IMG/VR virus record: IMGVR_UViG_3300044854_000085
Location: 20,757 to 84,756 of that record
From: a virus
Lineage: Duplodnaviria > Caudoviricetes
Length of the DNA stretch: 64,000 nt
Strand: one strand, 5' to 3'
In this document: piece after piece, positions 36,081 to 46,690 of the stretch
Position numbering within the stretch: the first letter of the stretch is position 1
Layout of the letters: each line of letters starts with the position of its first letter
Translations under genes and position numbers: made by a program
The notes under the pieces: generated by a model
Told to the model about the DNA's origin: nothing
Seen by the model: the letters and a program-made list of their open reading frames with translations, nothing else
Databases searched by the model: none

Positions 36081-39071
36081 CTATTTCTGGCCGCGTATCG
36101 AGGGCTCTCTCGCCAACTTCCGTCGCAAAAGGTCAATGGCACCGTCCTTGCCTACCACCGACTCCGATAGACCGAGGACATCACGCAAGAATCGGCTGTC
36201 GAGCTCCTGCCGTATCTTGTCGTGATCGATTTCGTGAAACGGCAGCAAATCCATTCCACTTAAATCATCGAAGATTTCGGCCGTCTTCTTGAGTTGCTTA
36301 GCCGAGAGTGCCGTCACGTCAAGGATTGGTAAAGAGGGCAGAACCGATACACCAATGCTTCCTCTTCCCGACTGCTGTTTGTTCGCGTGATACCAGTGTA
36401 AGAGCAACCCGAGCGAGGTATTCGACCAGAGCACCAAAGCTTTCTCCTGATCTTCAGAAGCCAACCGAATAGAAATCCAGGCTCGACCGCCAATTGTCCG
36501 TCTTTGAGTAAATTGCATACTCGTGGACTGGCTATTGAAGCGAAAATCACGGCTGAAGTGACAATGCGAGGCACTGTTCCAGACGTTCTTGAGTTTGAAT
36601 TCAATGATGACCTTTTCCTTCGCATTCTTGCCCTTGCGTGGCAATCCCTCACTATCCCCCTCGAACGCGATACTACGTTGCTTCTCTGCGTCGTGGGACC
36701 ATAGAACTGGATACGTTGGTGCGCTTCCCGGTTTCACCGCTGAGACATCGAACGGCCCTCGGATTCCTCCGCCTTGAGTCTTCCCGTTAATGTCCGCGTG
36801 GTAAGGGCCAATTTGACCTATCGTGTCCACGGTCGTCATTGAAATCGCGATTGATTCAGATTCTTCCATCGTCGGCAACCAGATGCGTTTCATGACTGCA
36901 ATTTGGTACGCCGCCTGTGCGAGAGCAATGTCGGCGACGCGGGCCAAATTCCAACCACCTTCCGTCGGCAGAGGGGCTTCCACGGCCTGACCGATCACGT
37001 CATTTCCGAAATTCAACAGCGTTCCGCCAAACGGACCATCCTCAAGGCTTCGAAGGTTTTTCGCGGCAATCAAATTATGAATCTGGCGCGCAGCACTCGC
37101 GCCCAGCATCGGAAAAGCAGGTCGTTCGTTCAGCACCACAAAGGTTCCTCGCTTCTCTGGACGGACCGCAGGAAGAGGAGTGGCTTCCTCTGCAACCTTT
37201 CGTCCCACCACGAGACATTCGCCGATATCTGTGTCTGCGGAAAACGACAATTCCGCGCCCTGCGCACCCGCAATCGACACGACAATCAAATCGTCATAGC
37301 GTTTCGTCAGCACACTCCGCGAATCCTCCCAAGCCTCACCCGACATGAGACTGAGTGGCATAACCAACGCAAGCATGCCGCCGATCTTCAATTTGCGGTC
37401 CGCCAGAACAAGAAAGACAGACGCTTCGCCGGCGTTGCCGTGCGCACTCGTTTTGTCGGTGAGATCCTTCAACTTGTCCGCCATCTTTTTCTGTTCTTGG
37501 TCGGTTGCCGAAAAAGCGGCGAACATCGGATTGCGTACGCCAATCTTCTGTGCTTCGTGACCGGTGTCTCGAGTAAACGGCGGATTCATTATCACCACAT
37601 CAAACGAACGATGCGGCATGTCGGCCCATCTCGCTTTCTCAAATTCACCCATGCCTTCGACCACTTTGGCCGAGGTGATGTGAAGAAAATCCTCAATCTT
37701 CCCTTGCGGATCGAGCAACGCCAATGAACCGAGTGCAACGCCTCCATCCTCCTGGACCCCATAAGCGACGGTCAGAATCGAACTTTGTTTGTATTTAACG
37801 AGCGGATGCGCTCCGGCAAGCATTGAAGCCGTCAAATGGGCGGCGGCCGGCAATACGTCACAACCCATGAATGCTAGAGCCATCATGTCTGGATGAAGAA
37901 CTTCGGAATCGCCTCCGGCAAGTTCGTGCAATTGACTGACGCGCTGATACGCCGTCGTCAACAACGTGCCGGTACCACACGCGAAATCCACGATTCGGAG
38001 ATTCTTCACGTCTTCAGGATTAGTCCATGAACCGCCTGTCGGCGTTTTTTCCGGAATGACGGCAAGCCCAACAAGCAAAGCTGCCGCGGCCGGTGTTGTG
38101 TAAAAGGCCGCCAAAAACTTTCGATCCGCAATGAGCCGCTGAAACACCGCCCCCGTGAGATCGTGCGATCGCATCAAGCGATTCTCGAGTAACCTTTCTG
38201 CCGTCACGACCAGCGTTTCTATTAAAGGTTTGCTGTACGCGGTGGGAATAAGCTGAAGAATGCGTCGGGCGATATCGAAGATCGGCCAATAATTGATTTT
38301 TAGGATCGCACGCCACTCGGCGAGAATCACGGATTTGGTCAATGCGCCTTGATTGCGAAGTTCGTCGAGGGATTTCACCTTCGCCAATTCATCCGGTCCG
38401 CCGGCCAACGTCTCCTGAAAAATGAATGCATTCGTCAAAATCGTTGTGGCCATGCGTTGCGTTTGCGCACTGTCGTCCTGTTTTAGTTCCGCCGCTATGT
38501 TCTCGATTGCGCCTTTGTGAGTAATCGCCATTTGTTCGAGCAATCCAGCGGATTCGATCACGCCGTTCGCCAGTTGATTCGCGGCTTCCTCGATAACGGC
38601 GGGCGGGACGGAGGCCGATTGAGCAAGGATCGAAATGTCTGCAATTGTTCCTTCAATCCAACCTGCTCCTGGCCATCGGGCTGAACTCGCCGGATCTGTG
38701 CCCGTATACAAGATCATTTGAAAGTCGGACGCGCTCACAATTTGAGAATGCAACTTCGAAGGCGTTGCGTTTCGTAGCCGATCGGGAACGCGCAACGCGA
38801 TTGATGAAAGGATCGTGCGGCCAGTCGTCTTGAGTTGTTGCCCGAGCCGCGATTTGGCTTCCGCTTCTACCGTGATAGCAGGCAGGACTTCCGTTTCGAT
38901 GACGACCGGCGAAACGTTCGCCTCAATAACTAAAATGTCAGGACGTTTACTACTGCCCTTGAGCATTCCGGTGTTTTCAGAACTGATGACGTTTGACGAT
39001 TGCCAAGCGCGCCGCGTTTGACGCAACGCCGCGGCGATCGCGTCATTGATGGTGTGCTCTGTGAGCGGCAC
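36081..39071 (-). CDS. Type IIG-like fused restriction endonuclease / N6-adenine methyltransferase
   Basis: N-terminal KRPDILV..VIETE, FYTTP, motif I VDFACGTGTLL, motif IV MNPPF, long TRD-like C-terminus; visibly more AT-rich than flanks. Confidence 0.8.
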   Translation of the reverse strand: MPLTEHTINDAIAAALRQTRRAWQSSNVISSENTGMLKGSSKRPDILVIEANVSPVVIETEVLPAITVEAEAKSRLGQQLKTTGRTILSSIALRVPDRLRNATPSKLHSQIVSASDFQMILYTGTDPASSARWPGAGWIEGTIADISILAQSASVPPAVIEEAANQLANGVIESAGLLEQMAITHKGAIENIAAELKQDDSAQTQRMATTILTNAFIFQETLAGGPDELAKVKSLDELRNQGALTKSVILAEWRAILKINYWPIFDIARRILQLIPTAYSKPLIETLVVTAERLLENRLMRSHDLTGAVFQRLIADRKFLAAFYTTPAAAALLVGLAVIPEKTPTGGSWTNPEDVKNLRIVDFACGTGTLLTTAYQRVSQLHELAGGDSEVLHPDMMALAFMGCDVLPAAAHLTASMLAGAHPLVKYKQSSILTVAYGVQEDGGVALGSLALLDPQGKIEDFLHITSAKVVEGMGEFEKARWADMPHRSFDVVIMNPPFTRDTGHEAQKIGVRNPMFAAFSATDQEQKKMADKLKDLTDKTSAHGNAGEASVFLVLADRKLKIGGMLALVMPLSLMSGEAWEDSRSVLTKRYDDLIVVSIAGAQGAELSFSADTDIGECLVVGRKVAEEATPLPAVRPEKRGTFVVLNERPAFPMLGASAARQIHNLIAAKNLRSLEDGPFGGTLLNFGNDVIGQAVEAPLPTEGGWNLARVADIALAQAAYQIAVMKRIWLPTMEESESIAISMTTVDTIGQIGPYHADINGKTQGGGIRGPFDVSAVKPGSAPTYPVLWSHDAEKQRSIAFEGDSEGLPRKGKNAKEKVIIEFKLKNVWNSASHCHFSRDFRFNSQSTSMQFTQRRTIGGRAWISIRLASEDQEKALVLWSNTSLGLLLHWYHANKQQSGRGSIGVSVLPSLPILDVTALSAKQLKKTAEIFDDLSGMDLLPFHEIDHDKIRQELDSRFLRDVLGLSESVVGKDGAIDLLRRKLAREPSIRGQK

Positions 39072-39323
39072 CTACAGCAATCCTTCCAGTAATGCCTTCG
39101 CTCGATCGATCCGCGGTTCATTGAGCATCCGGATCGCTTTAAGCACCGTTCGTTTGTGTCGTTCTTGTTCAACGATGTCAGGGGCCGCGTCTGCGGCTTC
39201 ACGCACGAGTTTGATGATCCTAGCGTGCTGTGCTTGCGACCACGGATCGGTGTCGGGCAAATCGCTCGTCGGCATGATCTCTCCTCGGTCGGTGATGATC
39301 GGATGCCGGCTTGGCCGTCTCAA
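39072..39323 (-). CDS. Small hypothetical protein abutting the RM gene
   Basis: Stop directly precedes the RM start. Confidence 0.45.
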   Translation of the reverse strand: MRRPSRHPIITDRGEIMPTSDLPDTDPWSQAQHARIIKLVREAADAAPDIVEQERHKRTVLKAIRMLNEPRIDRAKALLEGLL

Positions 39324-39714
39324 CTTTTCCGTTATGATGTGATCCAGCCGGATTGTTCACGATCATTCCGTGAATGTGTCGGTCAGGCCCGATGGAAAGA
39401 ACGCCTCTTTCCATCGGGCTGCGCGTCATTCTACAACAGCGCGTTGGACAGATTCGGGGCGCCTTCAGAGAGTCTGTCTTGTTTGGGATTCAGATCGCCT
39501 CGCCTAACTCGTTGACGCTCGGCGAAGCTATTCTTCAAGAGCGTGGGGCTTTGCGCGGCAAAGACAATCCTCGTCCGTCTCGATGTCTAACAGGCCGGTT
39601 CCTAACGAAGACTTCTTAGTCGAAATTGCAACCGCGACACAGCAGCCCTCGAATCCGCCAGGGGAGGACCCATGTTCGTGGTCTATATGGAACATCCGGT
39701 CGGAATCCCAATGT

Positions 39715-39969
39715 TCATATCCGATCCACGTGCATATAGGGCCGCCAGCCATCCATGTCGTCGCATGTATCTGCGTCTTCTATTGGTGGTTTACCGGCCA
39801 ACTGTCGCGCACGACGGCACGTTTCAATGAGGGCGGTATCCAAGTCCGGAATCGTGTCTCGAAATATTTGGCCGGGTAAAATCACTTCGCATTCCCACGC
39901 GTTTTCCACTCGATGCACGCGCAATTCAAAACCGAAAGATTGCCGCATCCATCCTTGAGCCATAATCAC
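39715..39969 (-). CDS. Small hypothetical protein
   Basis: 84-aa ORF in the leftward block. Confidence 0.4.
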   Translation of the reverse strand: MIMAQGWMRQSFGFELRVHRVENAWECEVILPGQIFRDTIPDLDTALIETCRRARQLAGKPPIEDADTCDDMDGWRPYMHVDRI

Positions 39970-40052
39970 TGCTCCATTTTTGATCCAAATTTTCGTTCGA
40001 ATCGGATTTCATCACATCAACTGATTTTGCGCAGCGCGGCGTCGAAACGGGT

Positions 40053-40787
40053 TCAAGGTTTCGGCCCTACTTCAATTTGAACCATGCCTTCCGCAATTCG
40101 TGGATCTTCAAATAGGTCCATAGAAAAACCTTCTGATTCAAACGCTCGTTGCAATATGGAGGCATGTACTGGTGGATTTAACCCGCTACGAATGATGATG
40201 CGGACGCCACGATGCGTGCTGCCAGATGCCTGGGCAAAAGAGTTCCGCCAACCCGCAGCGGTCAAAACATTGCGTATATCCGACGCAAATGCGCCCACCT
40301 CGGAATCTCCCTGTCCGTGCGTCAAGACCGCTACAGGCCCTTTTGCTGATCGGCTCAATACTCCGATTAAGCGCACGGTTTGCTCAGAGGTAATGATTCG
40401 AGGCGTGAGTTGCCGTCTGAGTTCTAGCGAGTCCTTCTCGAATATGGCGGCCCGCTGACGCAGTGCGGCCGCAGTCACCTCCAGGTTGCCAGCCCGTTCG
40501 TTAGCAGCACCAGCTTCCTTGCGTGCTGTCCCGGCTTCCTTGTTGGCTTCGCCCGCGAGATTATTCAACTTTGCTATCTCAGCCTTGCTCAAGTCTTCTA
40601 TCGCTTGCTGCACGGCGTGCAATTTGCGATTGTTCCACCATGCACGAACGCCAAATACCGTTTCACCGCCGACGCCGATAACTACGAGTACCCCAAACAG
40701 AATTACCCACTTTTCGATGCCGTCCAGGGCTGTTTCAAGCGCTTCCCTTTTGGCGAGCAGTGTTTCTACTGTCTCCGGCGGGACCAT
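40053..40787 (-). CDS. Single-TM coiled-coil membrane protein
   Basis: KWVILFGVLVVIGVGGE TM, EAG.A repeat coil, globular C-terminus. Confidence 0.7.
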   Translation of the reverse strand: MVPPETVETLLAKREALETALDGIEKWVILFGVLVVIGVGGETVFGVRAWWNNRKLHAVQQAIEDLSKAEIAKLNNLAGEANKEAGTARKEAGAANERAGNLEVTAAALRQRAAIFEKDSLELRRQLTPRIITSEQTVRLIGVLSRSAKGPVAVLTHGQGDSEVGAFASDIRNVLTAAGWRNSFAQASGSTHRGVRIIIRSGLNPPVHASILQRAFESEGFSMDLFEDPRIAEGMVQIEVGPKP

Positions 40788-41449
40788 TGACTCATTTCTC
40801 CTGGCCCGATCTGTGAGCGGACCCATTGGGTCACATGATCGGGCTGAGTCTGTGGGGTTGGTTCTCGGACAACCTTGATGACCATGCTCCCCGCATCCTC
40901 GATCGGATCGTCGACCGGCTGGCAAATCTCAACAACGACTACACCGACCCCCGGCCGAAGCACCAGGTTGTTTACATAGTCATAGATGGTCTTGACCAGA
41001 GGACCGGAGAGCCCACGGCTGAAAAACTTACCGTGCCTTTCGCGACCATCGATGGCGACGCAGACTAGAAGCCAGTTGCGATGAAATTGTTTCTCGTGCA
41101 GGCCCGTCGCTTGCCGTGTTCCCTTCTTTTCCAGTTCGCGCAGCTTCCCGGGAAGAAGCGTTTCAAATGTTTGTGGTTTGACCTTCACCCTCTTTGACTC
41201 GAACACGACAGCACGATCCGGTTTCGCTGGGTGACACACGAGAACGTCGATGTTCCCAGGCACCGTTGATTTACCGTGGATCTCCGGTGGTTTTAACTCA
41301 AACGCAATGCGAGCTGGGATGGGAAGATCTAACTCCCTCCAAAGCGTATGCCGGGCAGAAGATTGGCTAAATAGCCACCGTGTCAGCGGACCTTCGACAA
41401 TGTCCGTGACCGTCGACGACCTCCGCTGATTCAATCGCAATTCAGACAT
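40766..41449 (-). CDS. PD-(D/E)XK nuclease-like protein
   Basis: GNIDVLV...VFESKRVK followed by KGTRQA. Confidence 0.55.
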   Translation of the reverse strand: MSELRLNQRRSSTVTDIVEGPLTRWLFSQSSARHTLWRELDLPIPARIAFELKPPEIHGKSTVPGNIDVLVCHPAKPDRAVVFESKRVKVKPQTFETLLPGKLRELEKKGTRQATGLHEKQFHRNWLLVCVAIDGRERHGKFFSRGLSGPLVKTIYDYVNNLVLRPGVGVVVVEICQPVDDPIEDAGSMVIKVVREPTPQTQPDHVTQWVRSQIGPGEMSQWSRRRQ

Positions 41450-41526
41450 CGTTTGTATCTTCAATCGAATTATGGTGACGGCGGTCATCACGCGATGCAG
41501 TGGATCGGGGCCAGATCAGTGTTGCG

Positions 41527-42507
41527 CTACGCCGTGGCTTTTTGAGCGTTGGAGTCCGAAGACGTCTGCGTGGAACCGTCGGCGCTATTCAAAGACCTGC
41601 GCCGTCGTATGTACGCAATGGCCTCAAGCACTTTGAAAAACGCATCCCCAATGTGATCCGGTGTGAAGCGAATGAATTCGTGATCTGAATAGATGCCCTT
41701 CTCGAAAACAGCCCCCTCTTCGACAAGAGGTACAAGAAAAGCCCCCTGTTGAGCTCTCGCCATCTCGTCTCGCATCCATGAAGACGCTCCATCGACCGTT
41801 TGGATCACGACTACCAAATCGATGTCGCCCGACAACCTCTCCTGCACCTTCTCGCTGACACGACGCGGCTCATATGCTTCGCCGGTTATGACACGCACAT
41901 CGAGCAGTTCCAGAAATCTTCGAAGCTGCTGCGCATAATCGACCGCCTTTCCATCAAACCGAAAGCTGAGAAACGCCACAATCTGCTTGGCATGTGCGGC
42001 CGCCATCTCTTCCAGCTTTTCAATACGTTCGGTAATTTCCTTGAACCGCTGATTCATCCCACCAGGAGGAAGTTCGAGCTCTAGCTGTTTGCTCTTTCGC
42101 TCCACACGCGAAGGCCCCGCTGTCAGCGAAATATGTTTCCCTATTAACGCGATAAGCTGAGATAGATCATCGGGACCTTCCGCTTCAACGTAGATCGACA
42201 AAAACGCTTCATCATCAGAGAAAAAAGACAAACTTTCCCTTCTGTTGTTATAAGAAATGGCGCCTGAAATCAGCTCTTGAAAATCGACGGATAAACTACA
42301 GACGTCACATTTCAACTCGCATATCGAGACCAAGTCTTCTGGAGTAAGGTTGCGCCGATGTTCAGTTCCATCGGGAAAGGTCTCATGTAGCGTGATATCC
42401 ATTGACGTCCGGCCGAGATCATTCAAAATCGCCGTCAAACCGCGTCTGAGCTCACCGGGAGCAAAAACCTTCGGCTGAAACCACAAGTGCTTTGTCGTCT
42501 TTCCCAT
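41527..42507 (-). CDS. Protein with a C-terminal TIR-like domain
   Basis: AFLSFRF, LRRFLE, VITGE, DLVVVI, SSWMRDEM (putative catalytic Glu), LVPLVEEG; unknown N-terminal domain and coil. Confidence 0.65.
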   Translation of the reverse strand: MGKTTKHLWFQPKVFAPGELRRGLTAILNDLGRTSMDITLHETFPDGTEHRRNLTPEDLVSICELKCDVCSLSVDFQELISGAISYNNRRESLSFFSDDEAFLSIYVEAEGPDDLSQLIALIGKHISLTAGPSRVERKSKQLELELPPGGMNQRFKEITERIEKLEEMAAAHAKQIVAFLSFRFDGKAVDYAQQLRRFLELLDVRVITGEAYEPRRVSEKVQERLSGDIDLVVVIQTVDGASSWMRDEMARAQQGAFLVPLVEEGAVFEKGIYSDHEFIRFTPDHIGDAFFKVLEAIAYIRRRRSLNSADGSTQTSSDSNAQKATA

Positions 42508-42512
42508 TTGTC

Positions 42513-42923
42513 CTACGAGTAAACCGAAGTGTCCTGCGCGGGCACTGCATGCTTGGCAACCCACTCGAAGAAGCCTTCCTGATCCATCGCGTCCGCGCCT
42601 AAAGCCTCGAACGCTGCGGCGATTTCGTCATCGTCCTGACTCAATTCCCAACCGTTGACTTCCAGAAACACGAGCATCGCGCCTGCACCCGTCCTCTTGT
42701 TGCCGTCGATGAACGGTTGACCTTCCGCGAGAAAAAAACCATACGCTGCGGCCTTCTCTGGGATCGTCGAATATGCATCCTCACCGAATGCACTTTGTTG
42801 TGGCTGGAACACCGCCGACAGCAATTGATGTTCAGAACGAATGCCGTCGAGGCCACCGTATAGTGCGATGGCCCGACGGTGAATTTCTACAATTTGATCG
42901 GCGTTGAGATAAAGAACATCCAT
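42513..42923 (-). CDS. doc: Doc/Fic-family toxin, with the motif His replaced by Gln
   Basis: IVEIH..AI..YGG..GIR..QLLSAV.QP, KAAAY, QPFIDGNKRTG. Confidence 0.9.
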   Translation of the reverse strand: MDVLYLNADQIVEIHRRAIALYGGLDGIRSEHQLLSAVFQPQQSAFGEDAYSTIPEKAAAYGFFLAEGQPFIDGNKRTGAGAMLVFLEVNGWELSQDDDEIAAAFEALGADAMDQEGFFEWVAKHAVPAQDTSVYS

Positions 42924-42936
42924 CCGCGTCTTCCTT

Positions 42937-43164
42937 TTACTTTGCTAGTCTCCGCATCAGCTTCTCTCGCTTGCCGAAAACCTTGCTGGTTGCCCGCTCG
43001 AATTCTTCGGAGCTCGCATATCGGTGCGGAGCGATGATAAGTTCACTACCTCGGGTGCGGATTTCTACTTCGGTTTCGTCTTCCCAGTTGAGCTGCCGAA
43101 TGACAGCCGCCGGGACGATGATCCCCTGAGAATTGCCCACCTTCCGCAGTTTGCTCGTCAGCAT
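42937..43164 (-). CDS. AbrB/MazE-type antitoxin
   Basis: KLRKVGNSQGIIVP...LNW..ETEVEI...LIIAP; directly upstream of doc. Confidence 0.9.
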   Translation of the reverse strand: MLTSKLRKVGNSQGIIVPAAVIRQLNWEDETEVEIRTRGSELIIAPHRYASSEEFERATSKVFGKREKLMRRLAK

Positions 43165-43208
43165 GTTGAGTCCCTCCAGACTATTCCCGTCCCTCAAGAT
43201 GAGACGTA

Positions 43209-43228
43209 CGTTATAACAACGTTATAAC
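43209..43228. promoter_or_regulatory. Putative toxin-antitoxin operator
   Basis: CGTTATAAC-AA-CGTTATAAC, two palindromic GTTATAAC copies about 45 bp upstream of the antitoxin start. Confidence 0.55.
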
Positions 43229-43349
43229 ATTGTTTAAGGGTGCAGTGCTAGCACAATGTGTCAAGCACGGCATGCAAAGTTATTTCTAAATTGCTGTAGC
43301 ACGTTCGTCCGATGTGCCCTGCACATCCGGGCGCGGTAGGATGCGCGGC

Positions 43350-43715
43350 ATGAAGACGGTCATTTTGGTTTTGTTGTTGATGCTTGTCGCAGTCGGAGCG
43401 TCGAGCGCTCAAGGGCCGGTGTCTACCATGCTGACGGGGCGGGTGTCGGGGCAGGAGTTTTTGGAGCTTGACTACGCCAAGCAGCGATTTTGGGCGATCG
43501 GTTTTGTGGATGCACTTTACGTTGCGGACGCAACGCTTGCGCCCGACCCAGACAGATCAACCAAGTATCTGTCGTGCGTGCCAAAGATGTCATCAACGCA
43601 AATCGCCGAAATCGTAACGCGCTACATTAAGGACCATCCAGAAAAGTGGCAAATGCCGGCGAGTTTTCACGCGTGGAATGCACTGGTGCAAGCATGTAGG
43701 CGAGTGGACGGGTAA
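43350..43715 (+). CDS. Exported Rap1a/Tai-like protein
   Basis: Signal peptide; SGQEFL, IGFVDAL, CVPKMSSTQIAEIVTRYIKDHPE, ALVQAC. Confidence 0.55.
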   Translation: MKTVILVLLLMLVAVGASSAQGPVSTMLTGRVSGQEFLELDYAKQRFWAIGFVDALYVADATLAPDPDRSTKYLSCVPKMSSTQIAEIVTRYIKDHPEKWQMPASFHAWNALVQACRRVDG

Positions 43716-44122
43716 CGGGTCTCACTTATCCGTGACGTCGACGGCCGATCGTTCGACGCTCAGATTCACGGCGAGTTCGTAGGTTCCCATTGGGTAAAAT
43801 TACCCAATGATCGACGGATTGCCCACATCCATTGTTCTTTCGAACGGCCGCTAATACTTCCTCCAGCGTCACAATTACCCCTCCTTACCTTTCCCTTTGA
43901 GTGCTTCCAACAGCCAGTCCTCGTCATAAGGCTGGTAGCCGAAACCCATGACGTGCATGACCCGGCGTGAATTGCAACGCTGGCAGAATTCATAGTGATT
44001 CGCACGCGGCGTTTTGATCGGACCCGGACACGTCTTCGATTCGTCGAGAATCCACTGATGTCCGAACCAACGGCAGCGGCGCGGCTGCCGCGCGGATTCG
44101 CACATTGCGATGGTCCGGCGGA

Positions 44123-45850
44123 TCAATCAAACAACTCCTCGCTCGCGCGGAGCTCCCCGCTGCCCTGGATCAGCTCCAGAGAGCGGAGCCGACTCATGTA
44201 CGTGCTGAAGGAACCGCTGCCGCTACTCAGTCCCGCCGCGTCAGCCACTTCCTGCTTGGACATCGGCTGCGGATAAGCTTCGGCGAGTACGCGCAAAATT
44301 CGCGATGCGCCGCTTTCGCCCAACTCGTTCAACCAGTATTCGAGCAGTTCCCTTCCCTGGGGCAGCGGCTCGAAATCGCCCAACGCCTTCAGCCCACTTT
44401 CGGTAATTTGCAGATGTGCGCCTCCACCGACAATCCATCCGTTGCTACGGCCGCGACTGAGATACGTACTAAATGAGCCGCTCTTGCTCGACAGGCCCGC
44501 GAGAATTCCCACCTGGCGCGCGGACCGGCCTTGCGGGTATTGCGCGAGAGCCATGAGGATTCGTCGGAGACCGCTGTTGCCGACTTCCCCGGCTCCGTTA
44601 CTGGAGGCGTTCTCCCGTGCATGTGCATGCATATGCACGGGCGGCTTCGGCGGGAGCAACGCCTTCACGTCCGGCCGTGCCGGCGGCGAGAACGGTTTCA
44701 ATTGCAGCTTTGCCGCAGCGGAAGTCAGTTCACCGATCACCGCGCGCGCCGCATTCATTCGCTCCTGAAACTCCCCGGGAAGGGCGGCCAGTTTCGCGAC
44801 CGCTGTTTCCAATCGCTTGATCTGCGCATCCGAAATCACCGGTTTTTCGACAGTCTTCGTTTTCGCCGGCGCCGCCGGTTTCTGACGCTGGAGGTCCGCC
44901 AGTTCTTTTCGCAACATCGCGAGCTGCTTCCGAAGTTCGCGCGGATCCTCCTCCTTCGCCTTCTCGATCGTGGACTTCATCGCCTCCTGGATGCGCTCCA
45001 GATCCACAGGGGCCAGCGATCCCGATTTGTCGGTCTTACCAAACACCGGTGTCGCCGACGCGTCATAAGTCCACTTCGCACCGATCTTCACCTTTTCGAA
45101 AATGCCGAGCCATTGCGGGCTCCAGACATAAGCCGTCCCGTTGGGAAGCGACGGCAACTCCTTGACGATCTCCGTCATGTCGGTTCCCTGCTCGACAATC
45201 CAGCCTTCCATCACCTTCCGCTCCTGCGGCCCGGTCATGTTGAAAACGAACAGTGTGCCGATCTGATTGAGCACATCTTTGTTGACTGCCTGCGGCCGCT
45301 GCGAAATCAGCGTATTTCCGATACCGTAATTCCGACCGAGTTTGCAGAGGTCCTCCATCGCGCCCAACAGTTGCTCTTCCCCTTTGAACGCCTTCTGCGG
45401 AACGAATACCTGTGCCTCTTCGATGACGACGTGCATCGGCGATCGCGCGGCCTTCTTTCGGTGGAAGAGCTGTTCGGCAAACTGCGTCATGAATTCTTTC
45501 CGCTGGTGCTTGCGGAAGTGATGGACATCCAGAACTACGGATATCGCTTTGTCCACAACCAGGTCCGCAACCAGTGCGCCGGCTGTGTGAAGCAACGGAA
45601 TGTCGCCGCGATCGCCGCCGAAGATCGGTATCGAAATGCCGGGAGACTTACCGTCGGCAGCCAGACGCAAACCGAACCAGTTGCCGACTGGATCCAGAAT
45701 CACAACCTGCGCGCCGGCATCGAGCAGCTCTTCGACGAACTTCCCCGCGCCGTATGTTTTGCCCGCCCCGGAGCGACCCAGGAACGCGAACTTCTGCGTG
45801 ATGGCTTCCAGCGGCAAACTCAATTTGTCGGCAATATGTAGTTTCTTCAT
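44123..45850 (-). CDS. HerA/FtsK-like (DUF87/DUF853) ATPase with C-terminal winged helices
   Basis: GRSGAGKT, VILDPVG, VVIEEAQ, RNYGIG..ISQRPQ; coil, then wHTH-like repeats (SFSTYLSR/SFSTYMSR). Confidence 0.8.
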   Translation of the reverse strand: MKKLHIADKLSLPLEAITQKFAFLGRSGAGKTYGAGKFVEELLDAGAQVVILDPVGNWFGLRLAADGKSPGISIPIFGGDRGDIPLLHTAGALVADLVVDKAISVVLDVHHFRKHQRKEFMTQFAEQLFHRKKAARSPMHVVIEEAQVFVPQKAFKGEEQLLGAMEDLCKLGRNYGIGNTLISQRPQAVNKDVLNQIGTLFVFNMTGPQERKVMEGWIVEQGTDMTEIVKELPSLPNGTAYVWSPQWLGIFEKVKIGAKWTYDASATPVFGKTDKSGSLAPVDLERIQEAMKSTIEKAKEEDPRELRKQLAMLRKELADLQRQKPAAPAKTKTVEKPVISDAQIKRLETAVAKLAALPGEFQERMNAARAVIGELTSAAAKLQLKPFSPPARPDVKALLPPKPPVHMHAHARENASSNGAGEVGNSGLRRILMALAQYPQGRSARQVGILAGLSSKSGSFSTYLSRGRSNGWIVGGGAHLQITESGLKALGDFEPLPQGRELLEYWLNELGESGASRILRVLAEAYPQPMSKQEVADAAGLSSGSGSFSTYMSRLRSLELIQGSGELRASEELFD

Positions 45851-45876
45851 CGCTTCGGCCTGCGCCTCCAGTCCGT

Positions 45877-46690
45877 TCAATTCAACTCCGCGCGATCCAC
45901 AACACGCTTCCGGCCTCTCGGCTCGATCGATCCACAATCTAGGTCGATCACTTGATTCGCTCCGGGATAGAGCGTCAGCGTGCGGTCGACAATCACAGTC
46001 GGTCCCATATGAACAATCACTCGACATGTGGCCGCGTCCGGTTTTGCCGGCCGCCGGCATAACGCGCGGATGGCGGGCACGACGTTCACTCCAGAAATGA
46101 ATCCGCACATCGCAATAAACGCCCATTCGCCCCGAGAGGTTAACCCCGCGGCGATGCCCAGGCTCGCCCACAACACCGTGTGTAGGACGTGCCAATAATC
46201 GGGGTTCCACCATCGAGGCGCGATCATTTTTCCGCTTTCCCTTCCCACGTTTGGTTCGTCGGGTTAGTCGCGACGCGGTCCTGCACAAACCGCAGGACGC
46301 GTGCTTGCGCGTCCTGCGGCAAGTCGGCCATCACCCCGCTGATCACAACCATCGCGCGCACTTCCGGATCTTCCAGTCCGCGACGAATGACTTCGCCTTC
46401 TTTCTTGTCTTTCACGGGAATTGAAACGTTCATCGTTGCTCCTTTCCGCCAGCCCTTCGAACAACAGCGTTCAGCAATTCAAATAGATCGTCTCGCTCTT
46501 GCCGGTGACGCGCCTCGGTCCGTTCGCGCGACTCCATGACGTCGGCGAGAATTTTCGCAAGCTGCTCGGCCGTGACGCCTTCGGCCGGATGCGCGTGCCC
46601 GTCGGCGTCGATGTAAACCACAACGTCGCCGCGGTAACGAATGAGAAGCTCTTTCACAACGCCTCCAGGTCTCGCCGGCGGATCCGCCAT
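45877..46690 (-). other. Three small early genes (45877-46248, 46224-46433, about 46430-46657)
   Basis: Overlapping minus-strand ORFs with phage-like sizes. Confidence 0.5.
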
